A stretch of 64,000 bases of DNA from Candidatus Zixiibacteriota bacterium. GTDB taxonomy: Bacteria > RBG-13-66-14 > B26-G2 > WVWN01. The notes under the pieces were generated by a model. It saw only the letters and a program-made list of their open reading frames with translations. It searched no databases and had not been told where the DNA came from. The position numbers and the translations under genes were made by a program. Numbering within the stretch: the first letter of the stretch is position 1; each line of letters starts with the position of its first letter. Shown in pieces: positions 9,751 through 16,779 of the stretch. Location of the stretch: NCBI GenBank assembly GCA_011773985.1, contig WVWN01000084.1, forward strand, positions 23,738 through 87,737, read 5' to 3'.

Positions 9751-11688
9751 TTACTCCAGCTCCTTGAGCACGGCCTTCGCGCGTTTGATGTTCGTCTGCG
9801 CTTTGCGGTAAAGGGAATCCTTGGCCGGGATCTGTTGCCAATAAGCGATCGCCGCGCGGTATTGGTGATTAGTGTATGCTTCGATGCCCTTCATATATAT
9901 GGCCGTATAATTCGCGACGGCCCTTTTTCCCGCCGCGCGCTTCTTCTTGATCTTTACGAGGTAAGCGCTGGCGTTGGCGTTATCGGGTTGGAGGTTCAGG
10001 GCGGCAATCATCTTCGCTTCGGCGCCGTTTAGATCGCCGCGCTCGTATAACGAGATGCCGGCCTTGACCAGGGCCTGCGCCTCCCGGGCCAAGACGGCGC
10101 GGGCTTTGGCCGCGCCCGCGGCCGCTTCGTCGTCGTCGGGAGCGAGGCGGAGGGCACGCCTCCAATTAGACAGGGCCGCGGCCCAATCGCCCGCCGTGCT
10201 AAAGCGCGTCGCGCTCGCCTTGTATTTAGCGACGATATCGCTAACGCGCGCGCGGGCGTCTTCGAGGTTGGCGGTCGCCTCCGCGTTTTCCGGCTCGAGC
10301 TCCAGAACGGCCTCCCACCTGGCGATCGCCGTAAGGTACTCGCCGCGGCTGTACGCGGCACGCGCCTGCTCCAACAGCTTGGCGACTTCCTCTTTCTGGC
10401 GCGCCTCTTCTCTGGCGAGTTCCTCTTCGGCCCGAGCGAGGCCGGCCAGGGCGGCGGCATTCGTCGGGTCTATCTTCTTAGCCAGGGCGTACTCCAGCGC
10501 CGCCTCGCTGCATTTACGCTCGGCGAAAAATACCTCGGCTTTCCCGACGTGTTCCGCCACGAGCTCCTCGTTTAACCGCTCGCGCGCTTCCTCCAACCTC
10601 GCCGCGGCCTCCGCGTTCTCCGGGTCCCAAACCAATATCAAGTCCCAAGTATCCACCGCCCCCTGGTAGTTCCCCTCCCGGTAGTAACCCTCGGCCTTGG
10701 CCGACAGCGACGCGATCATTCCCCGCTTGCGCTCCTCGAACTCCGCGGCGACCTCTTCCATGATGCGGCGCCTCTCCCGGCCGAATACGTACGTGAAGCC
10801 CCCGCGGTACGTAAGGCCCAAATCGCCGTAGGGCGCCATCGCGAAATCGAACGAGAAACCGGCCACGTTTACGCCCAAGCCGCTCGTTAGGCCGGTACTC
10901 CCACCGACGTCGAGGCCGTAAATATAGCCGACCCGACCCGAGAGGAAAGCGAACGGGTTGTACTCGACGCCCCCCTTATACAGGAATTCGTCCTTGAAGG
11001 GTTTCTCCGTCGCGGCACTCAAAATTAGCTTGCGGCCCAACAGCCGGTAACCGAGGCCGATTTCCGCGGCCATCGGGAGCGGGCTGGACTTTTCCTCAAA
11101 GGTAACGGGCGGGCCGAGGTTCCTCGCGGCCAAGCCGGCGCTCAGCGACGCGTCCGGCGTCCAATAAAGGCCCAAGTCGCCCGCTACCCCCACGGCGGAA
11201 GAATTGTATATCTTTTGACTTATTAACCTGGCGCCGGCGCCGACGCCGAGCGAACGCCGCAACGGCCTCGCGTAGTTTAAACCGACCGCGATGTCCGTGG
11301 CGCTAAAAAATCCTTCGGGCTCCTCGCTGGGGTTGGCGGGGTCCGTGCGGAGCTCGAGCTCACCCACCGTCAGCGCGCGGACGTCGGCGCCGAGCGTGCC
11401 CCACGGCACGGGGTAGACGAACGCGACGTACTCGTACCGTATCCCTTCCACCCACTCGGCGTGCATCGCGGAGACCTCGGCCGCCTCCAGATTCGCCACC
11501 CCCGCGGGGTTATACGCGAGCGCGTTGACCCCCTCGGCTAAGCCGGCGTAAGCTTCCCCCATCGCCGACGGCCTGCCCCCGACGCCCAGCGTCAGGAACG
11601 TCGCCGTCGTCTCGCCGCCCTTGGCAAACGCGAACGATGCGGGAAAAAGGATTAATAAACCCGGAGATAGTATTTTCTTATACCCCAT
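9751..11688 (-). CDS. PorV/PorQ-family outer-membrane beta-barrel fused to a C-terminal TPR domain (645 aa)
   Basis: Signal peptide followed by the N-terminal motif GGRPSAMGEAYAGLAEGVNALAYNPAGVANLE, typical of PorV/PorQ-like barrels (about 300 aa with alternating beta pattern, ending GGFTYVFG). This is followed by about 340 aa of TPR-like repeats (YYREGNYQGAVDTWDLIL, AYSRGEYLTAIARWEAVLELEPEN, LYERGDLNGAEAKMIAALNLQPDN). Confidence 0.8.
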   Translation of the reverse strand: MGYKKILSPGLLILFPASFAFAKGGETTATFLTLGVGGRPSAMGEAYAGLAEGVNALAYNPAGVANLEAAEVSAMHAEWVEGIRYEYVAFVYPVPWGTLGADVRALTVGELELRTDPANPSEEPEGFFSATDIAVGLNYARPLRRSLGVGAGARLISQKIYNSSAVGVAGDLGLYWTPDASLSAGLAARNLGPPVTFEEKSSPLPMAAEIGLGYRLLGRKLILSAATEKPFKDEFLYKGGVEYNPFAFLSGRVGYIYGLDVGGSTGLTSGLGVNVAGFSFDFAMAPYGDLGLTYRGGFTYVFGRERRRIMEEVAAEFEERKRGMIASLSAKAEGYYREGNYQGAVDTWDLILVWDPENAEAAARLEEARERLNEELVAEHVGKAEVFFAERKCSEAALEYALAKKIDPTNAAALAGLARAEEELAREEARQKEEVAKLLEQARAAYSRGEYLTAIARWEAVLELEPENAEATANLEDARARVSDIVAKYKASATRFSTAGDWAAALSNWRRALRLAPDDDEAAAGAAKARAVLAREAQALVKAGISLYERGDLNGAEAKMIAALNLQPDNANASAYLVKIKKKRAAGKRAVANYTAIYMKGIEAYTNHQYRAAIAYWQQIPAKDSLYRKAQTNIKRAKAVLKELE

Positions 11689-11742
11689 AGCGCGTCACGC
11701 CCCCCGAGGTTTACTACTTCCGGATAAAGAAGATACCGTTCA

Positions 11743-11771
11743 ATTTTAACGAGTTATCATTAAATAGTCAA
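11743..11771 (-). promoter_or_regulatory. Sigma70-type promoter upstream of the PorV-TPR gene
   Basis: Minus strand reads TTGACT-N17-TAAAAT (-35 at 11766-11771, -10 at 11743-11748). Confidence 0.6.
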
Positions 11772-11808
11772 GAAAAATAAGCGGTCCGTTGCCCCCGTTA
11801 ACCCGCCG

Positions 11809-13005
11809 TCAAACCGACTCCCGCCGCTCGAGCCGAACCGACAACCGCCTCGCTGCATTTTTAAATAAAGGCAGGTCATCCTCCAGGACGCTCCGCATAT
11901 CGACGAAAACGGCGTCGCCCGTCGCCCGCGCTAAAACCGGCGGCTCGAGGCCTCTTAGCGCGGCGCTGAGCGCGTGCGGCCTTAAACGTTCGTGCCTCAG
12001 CGCGACGACCGTCGTAGGCAAACGGACGTACGGCAACGTTCCCCCGCCGGCGTAGGATTCCGCCTCAACTGTGGACACCTCCAGGCCGGGGACCTTCGCC
12101 TCCCGGAAATAGCCGGCGACCACGGCCGCGAGCTTATCCAAATCGGCCCGCGAGCGCTTGAGCAACCTGTAGGTAGGTATATCCTCCAACGCGTCGCCGC
12201 CCTCGAGATAAGCCTCGAGCACCGCGGCGAGTAGCGCGTACGTCTCTTTCCCGCCCCGGAGCGCGCGGTACAAGCTGTCGCGGCGCAACTCCTCGAGCGC
12301 CTCCGCCTTCCCCACGACGACGCCGGCCTGCGGCCCGCCGAGTAACTTGTCGCCGGAGAAAGAGACGACATCTACGCCCGCGTCGAGCAAATTCTCGAGC
12401 GAAGGCTCGTTGGCGGAGACGAATTCCGGGAAAAGCGACGCGCTGAGCAAGCCGCTGCCCAAATCGTACAATACGCGCCTGCCGTATTCCGCGGCCAGCG
12501 CCACGACCTCGTCGGGGCGCGGGTCCTCGTACCGCCCTCGGAAGTAAAAATTGCTGCGGTGGGCCAAGACGACCAGAGACGCGCCGGCGTCGAGTGCCCG
12601 CCGGAAATCCTCCAGCCGCGTTACGTTTACCGTTCCTACGGGCAAAAGTTCGACGCCGCCCGAGGCCATAACCTCGGGCAACCGGAAGGCGCCTCCGATC
12701 TCCACGAGTTGGCCCCGACTCGCCGCGGCCGGCCGGCCGTCGCCCAGCGCGTGAAGCGCGAGCAGGACCGCGCCCGCGTTGTTGTTGACGACCAACGCAT
12801 CTTCCGCCCCGGTCAACGCGCGCAGCGGCTCCGCGACCAACGAGTCGCGCCGGCCGCGTTCGCCGCTCTCCAAATCCACCTCGAGGTTACTATAGCCCGC
12901 GAGTATGCGCCCCGCGCGCTCGAGGAGGGCAGGCCCGAACGGCGCCCGGCCCGCACCGGTGTGTAAAATTACGCCCGTCGCGTTGACGAGCCGCCTCATC
13001 AACAT
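11809..13005 (-). CDS. SelA-like PLP-dependent protein (L-seryl-tRNA(Sec) selenium transferase family) lacking the N-terminal tRNA-binding domain (398 aa)
   Basis: Family motifs NATGVILHTGAGRAP near the N-terminus and FSGDKLLGGPQAGVVVG (PLP lysine). The ORF starts about where canonical SelA has residue 70-80. The upstream sequence is an AT-rich promoter region, not coding. Confidence 0.8.
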   Translation of the reverse strand: MLMRRLVNATGVILHTGAGRAPFGPALLERAGRILAGYSNLEVDLESGERGRRDSLVAEPLRALTGAEDALVVNNNAGAVLLALHALGDGRPAAASRGQLVEIGGAFRLPEVMASGGVELLPVGTVNVTRLEDFRRALDAGASLVVLAHRSNFYFRGRYEDPRPDEVVALAAEYGRRVLYDLGSGLLSASLFPEFVSANEPSLENLLDAGVDVVSFSGDKLLGGPQAGVVVGKAEALEELRRDSLYRALRGGKETYALLAAVLEAYLEGGDALEDIPTYRLLKRSRADLDKLAAVVAGYFREAKVPGLEVSTVEAESYAGGGTLPYVRLPTTVVALRHERLRPHALSAALRGLEPPVLARATGDAVFVDMRSVLEDDLPLFKNAARRLSVRLERRESV

Positions 13006-13013
13006 ACCGCTGG

Positions 13014-13042
13014 AGTATAATAAACTTGACCCTTAATGTCAA
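13014..13042 (-). promoter_or_regulatory. Sigma70-type promoter of the SelA-like gene (leaderless configuration)
   Basis: Minus strand reads TTGACA-N17-TATACT, with the ATG (13005) starting 9 nt after the -10 hexamer (8 nt between). Confidence 0.6.
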
Positions 13043-13063
13043 ATTAAATAGCGTCCCGACGGG

Positions 13064-13092
13064 TTGATTAATAACGTCGTAGATATTATGGT
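13064..13092 (+). promoter_or_regulatory. Candidate promoter of miaA (leaderless configuration), back-to-back with the SelA-like promoter
   Basis: TTGATT-N17-TATGGT, followed by 8 nt and then the ATG at 13101. Confidence 0.45.
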
Positions 13093-13100
13093 AATGGCGT

Positions 13101-14036
13101 ATGGGGCGCGAGCTGATCGCCGTCGTAGGCCCCACGTGCACCGGGAAAGGAGCGCTGGCCCTGGCGTTGGCCGACGCGCTCGGCGGCCCGGCGGCCGTCT
13201 CGATCGTCGCGTGCGACTCGGCGAAGATTTACCGCGGGGCCGACGTCGGGACCGCCAAAATAACCGGGGCCGCCAGGCGCGGCTACGAATTCTTTATGGT
13301 GGACGTCGTCGAGGCGGGCGCACCTTACAGCGCGGGCCGTTACATGTCCGAGGGGCGCGCGGCGTGCGAGGCTTTATGGCGCCGGGGCAAATTGCCGCTG
13401 GTCGTCGGCGGCACGGGCCTTTACTTTCGCGCGCTCCTCGACGGAATCTGCGAAGCCCCACCCGGGGACGCGGCGGTCCGGGCCGCGCTGCGCGCCCGCG
13501 AAGCCGCGGGCGAAGACCTCCACAAATATTTAAGCGAAGTCGACGCCGAAGCCGCGGCCCATATCGCGCCCGCGGACACGAAGCGCATCGTGCGCGCGCT
13601 CGAGGTATTCGAGCTGAGCGGCATCCCCTTAACGAAAATACATAAAAAAGGAAATCGACCGCTCGAGGCGGACGAAGTCGTCGTCGCGCTCGACGGCCCG
13701 CGCCGTTGGCTTCGCGAGCGCATCGAACTGCGCACGCGGCGCATGCTCGCCGCCGGCCTCCTCGCCGAGACGCGGGAACTTTTGGCGCAGGTCGAACGGC
13801 CCGAGGCGCCGCCGCTCAACGCGATCGGCTACCGGCAAATGGTTCAACTCCTGCGGGGCGAACTGGACGAGGAGACGGCCGCGGCGCACGTCGTCGGCCA
13901 GACGCGTAGGCTCGCGAAGAGACAACGGACCTGGTTCAAGCGCGAAGCGCGCGCGAAGTGGTTGGATGCCGCCAAAGGGACCGACGCGCTCGTCGACGAG
14001 GCCGCTAAGCTCTTGCGGACGCGATTGAAAAAATAA
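13101..14036 (+). CDS. miaA: tRNA dimethylallyltransferase (311 aa)
   Basis: P-loop VVGPTCTGKGALALALA; IPP-transferase family collinearity (GGTGLYFRALLDG, IGYRQ, RRLAKRQRTWF). Confidence 0.92.
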   Translation: MGRELIAVVGPTCTGKGALALALADALGGPAAVSIVACDSAKIYRGADVGTAKITGAARRGYEFFMVDVVEAGAPYSAGRYMSEGRAACEALWRRGKLPLVVGGTGLYFRALLDGICEAPPGDAAVRAALRAREAAGEDLHKYLSEVDAEAAAHIAPADTKRIVRALEVFELSGIPLTKIHKKGNRPLEADEVVVALDGPRRWLRERIELRTRRMLAAGLLAETRELLAQVERPEAPPLNAIGYRQMVQLLRGELDEETAAAHVVGQTRRLAKRQRTWFKREARAKWLDAAKGTDALVDEAAKLLRTRLKK

Positions 14037-14086
14037 TATTTTTATGGTAATATATCCAAAATTTAACCACCGGAGGAGGTTCCGAA

Positions 14087-14404
14087 ATGAGGTACACGAT
14101 AGTCGTCGCCATCATCGTTACGATTCTCGCCCTTGGGGCCGCTCTCTACGGTTGTAAGAAGAAGGAAGAAGTAGCCCCGCCCGCCGAAACCGCGGCCGAG
14201 ACGGAAGCGGCAATAAGCGAGGAAGAGGTCGTCTGCCCCGCTCCCGGCGAAGACCTGATTTGCGTGGAGTGCAAAGAGCTCTTCGTGACCGACGATGAAT
14301 ACGCCGCGCACATGGAAAAACAACACCCGGAAAAATGGACCGTAATAAAAGAAAAGTTCCACGAAATGCGCAAGGGCGAGGAGGGCGAGGAAACGACGAA
14401 GTAG
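14087..14404 (+). CDS. Small putative lipoprotein with a C2H2 zinc-finger-like motif and acidic tail (105 aa)
   Basis: Signal/lipobox-like N-terminus (ILALGAALYGC) and GGAGG upstream. Motif CVECKELFVTDDEYAAHMEKQH fits C-x2-C-x12-H-x4-H. Confidence 0.65.
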   Translation: MRYTIVVAIIVTILALGAALYGCKKKEEVAPPAETAAETEAAISEEEVVCPAPGEDLICVECKELFVTDDEYAAHMEKQHPEKWTVIKEKFHEMRKGEEGEETTK

Positions 14405-14505
14405 CCGGGACGTTCGATACTTAACGTCGGGGGCCGTCGCCTTTTCGCTGGGGCGGACGGGCCTGGTCGGTCCGTCGGCGTTCGGAGTGCAAAATAAACC
14501 GGGAA

Positions 14506-14718
14506 GTGGGCCGAGCGCCGTCAAAAAAAGTGCCGATCTACGAATACAGATGCGAAGAGTGCGGCGCCGTATTCGAACGGCTCTGCCGTAATTACGAAGA
14601 GACGGGGGCGCGTTGTCCCGATTGCAATTCCGAGAGGTGTCGTCGGCTGATATCGCGCGTCGCGGCGTCGGCCTCGAAGCTCGACCCCTGCGAAGTATGC
14701 ACCGTCGAACCGGGTTGA
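14506..14718 (+). CDS. FmdB-family zinc-ribbon protein (about 62-70 aa)
   Basis: PIYEYRCEECGAVFE ... CPDCNS pattern (two CxxC pairs) typical of FmdB/CxxC_CxxC_SSSS proteins. The true start may be GTG 14530 (VPIYEY). Confidence 0.7.
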   Translation: MGRAPSKKVPIYEYRCEECGAVFERLCRNYEETGARCPDCNSERCRRLISRVAASASKLDPCEVCTVEPG

Positions 14719-14974
14719 AGCAAATAACGTGCCGGGCGGCGCGTTTTGACTATTCAAACACGTACGCGTTTAAAATAAGCCGTTTAAACAGTCGTCTCTG
14801 AGCTAATCATAAACAAACCCGAGGCATAATCATCCGCGGGAACCCCTTGCGCGGCGAGGTCCTTTACGGTATTATCGGCCACTACCACGGGGGAAAAACC
14901 GCGCGGTGAAGCTCGGAGCGATTCGCTCGAACCACATATCGTATCAAGGAAATCGCCCTTGGGAGTAGTGACCC

Positions 14975-15424
14975 ATGGCCGAAGAACAGTTCGAAGAGTT
15001 CCAAAACCCTCCCAACGAACGGTTGGAGGAGCTCCTCAAAAAGTATAAAAACGTCGCCGTGGCGGGTCTGACGCCCAAGCAGGAATCGAACGCCAACCGC
15101 GTCGCGCGGTTCCTCAAACGCCACGGCTTCCGCATCTATCCGGTCAATCCTCGCTACGAGTCGATACTGGGCGAAGTCACCTGGCCCTACATCAGAAACA
15201 TAACGGACCCGGTCGACATCGTGGAAGTCTTCCGCAGGCCCGAACACCTCGGCGGCATCATAGAGGACGCCGCGAAGGTAAACGCGAAAGTGATTTGGCT
15301 TCAACTCGGCGTCGTGGACGAGGACTTCGCTCGCCGGGCGAAGGAGGCCGGCTTCGAGGTCGTAATGGACCGGTGCATGAAGAAAGAATACGAGCGGCTG
15401 GTCTTGAAGCGGCGAGTGAGGTAG
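14975..15424 (+). CDS. CoA-binding domain protein (YccU-like, 149 aa)
   Basis: KNVAVAGLTPKQESNANRVARFLKRHGFRIYPVNP and VDIVEVFRRPE, characteristic of the CoA_binding_2 family. Confidence 0.8.
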   Translation: MAEEQFEEFQNPPNERLEELLKKYKNVAVAGLTPKQESNANRVARFLKRHGFRIYPVNPRYESILGEVTWPYIRNITDPVDIVEVFRRPEHLGGIIEDAAKVNAKVIWLQLGVVDEDFARRAKEAGFEVVMDRCMKKEYERLVLKRRVR

Positions 15425-15426
15425 CC

Positions 15427-16368
15427 GTGGCGGCGAGCGAACACGCACTCGCCATCGTGGGCGGCGGCCCGGCCGGCCTGACCGCGGGCATATACGCCGC
15501 GCGCGACCGCCTGGATACGGTCCTGTTGGAAGCCAAGCCGTTGACCGGCGGCCAGATAGTGTTTACGGACGTCGTGGAGAACTACCCCGGCTTCCCGGAG
15601 CCGCTCTCCGGCGCGGAACTGATGGACAAGATGCGCAAGCAGGCCGAGCGCTTCGACCTGCAAATCGCTACCGCGGAAATAGGGACCGTCCGGGCGCAAG
15701 GCGATAAATACCTCCTGGCCGGCGACAAGGCGGACTATTTAGCGCAGGCCGTCATCGTCGCCACCGGGACCGAAAGCCAGAAGCTCGGCGTGCCGGGGGA
15801 AGAGGAATTCTGGGGCGCGGGCGTAAGCACCTGCGCCACGTGCGACGGCCCGTTGTATCGGGACAAGCCGGTCGCGGTCGTGGGCGGCGGCGACAGCGCC
15901 GTCAAGGAGGCCGTATACCTTACGAAGTTCGCGAGCAAGGTCTACGTCATCCACCGGCGCGACAGGCTGCGCGCCGAGAAGATCATCCAGGAGGTCGCCT
16001 TAGCCAACGAAAAGGTCGAGTTCGTGTGGGATACGGTCGTTACCGAGATGGCGGGCAAAGACGGCCTCGAGGCGCTGAAGCTGAAACACGTCAAGACCGG
16101 GGCGGAGAGCGAGGTGGCGGTGGACTGCGTCTTCCTATACGTCGGCGTCCGGCCGAATACGGACCTGGTGAAGGGTTTGGTCGAACTCGACGAGCGCGGC
16201 CTCATCGTCACCGACGACGACATGCGCACGAGCGCGCCCGGCATCTTCGCCGCGGGGGACTGCCGTTCCAAAAAGCTTAAGCAGGTCGCGACGGCGGTGG
16301 GGGAAGGCGCGGTGGCCGCGTACTCGGCCCAGGAGTACATCACCGGGGGCCCCTATGGCGGCGGTTAA
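15427..16368 (+). CDS. trxB: Thioredoxin-disulfide reductase (313 aa)
   Basis: Start moved to GTG 15427, directly after the upstream stop and with GAGG upstream. FAD motif IVGGGPAGLTAGIYAAR, redox-active CATCDG and NADPH motif VVGGGDSAVKEA are present. Confidence 0.93.
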   Translation: MAASEHALAIVGGGPAGLTAGIYAARDRLDTVLLEAKPLTGGQIVFTDVVENYPGFPEPLSGAELMDKMRKQAERFDLQIATAEIGTVRAQGDKYLLAGDKADYLAQAVIVATGTESQKLGVPGEEEFWGAGVSTCATCDGPLYRDKPVAVVGGGDSAVKEAVYLTKFASKVYVIHRRDRLRAEKIIQEVALANEKVEFVWDTVVTEMAGKDGLEALKLKHVKTGAESEVAVDCVFLYVGVRPNTDLVKGLVELDERGLIVTDDDMRTSAPGIFAAGDCRSKKLKQVATAVGEGAVAAYSAQEYITGGPYGGG

Positions 16369-16384
16369 AACGTCGTTTTGGATA

Positions 16385-16528
16385 TTGGTTGGCGGCGGCG
16401 CCGGCTTAGCGGTGGGCCATCTGGTGCGGTGCGCCGGCTCGAGTTGAGCCGCGGCCTCGAGCCCGTGGCTAGCGGGCTTCCTGGGCGGCGTGGTGGGCTT
16501 GCTAGTTGCGACAACGAGCTGGCGGTGA
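16385..16528 (+). CDS. Mini-ORF unit 1: two hydrophobic segments separated by an in-frame TGA (16445-16447); start uncertain
   Basis: Frame reads (W)ILVGGGAGLAVGHLVRCAGSS-TGA-AAASSPWLAGFLGGVVGLLVATTSWR-TGA. It is paralogous to unit 2 on both sides of the internal TGA. Confidence 0.35.
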
Positions 16529-16529
16529 G

Positions 16530-16715
16530 ATGCTCAAATTCGGCATCGCGGTACTGTTGGGAGGCGCCGGCTTCGGCGCGGGGTACCTTTTCCACCAACT
16601 CGCGCTTGCGCCGCGCGGCCTCACGATTTGAGCGAGCCAGGGCTCGCCCTGGGTTACCGGGGCGATCGTCGCGGTCGTCGGCGTCCTCGTCGCGCTGATG
16701 ATGAGGACGAAATAA
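16530..16715 (+). CDS. Mini-ORF unit 2: two hydrophobic segments separated by an in-frame TGA (16629-16631)
   Basis: The ATG lies 1 nt after the unit 1 stop. Frame reads MLKFGIAVLLGGAGFGAGYLFHQLALAPRGLTI-TGA-ASQGSPWVTGAIVAVVGVLVALMMRTK-TAA. The second half has no start codon of its own, yet it is conserved with unit 1 mainly through synonymous codon changes. Confidence 0.45.
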
Positions 16716-16728
16716 AAAGGAAAAAGAA

Positions 16729-16756
16729 GCCGGCCCGGGGCCGGCGTTTTTGTTTT
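16729..16756. terminator. Intrinsic terminator closing the CoA-binding/trxB/mini-ORF unit (convergent with the DUF362-like gene)
   Basis: GCCGGCC-CGG-GGCCGGC hairpin followed by GTTTTTGTTTT and preceded by an A-run. Confidence 0.7.
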
Positions 16757-16779
16757 AATAATCCAAACCCCTTACCCTA

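Noticed and set aside
14719-14974. A 255-nt gap before the CoA-binding/trxB genes with a weak TTGACT...TTTAAA element and small hairpins (GAGCG-ATT-CGCTC), considered as a riboswitch.
   Set aside because: Promoter spacing is poor and the hairpins are short. I recognise no conserved motif and there is no terminator, so the evidence is insufficient.
16445-16631. Possibility that the organism uses a TGA-reassigned genetic code (code 4 or 25), which would explain the in-frame TGAs of the mini-ORFs.
   Set aside because: lon, paralogue B, glyA, the large barrel gene and others terminate at TGA exactly where the homologous families end. TGA is therefore a normal stop genome-wide, and only local recoding remains possible.
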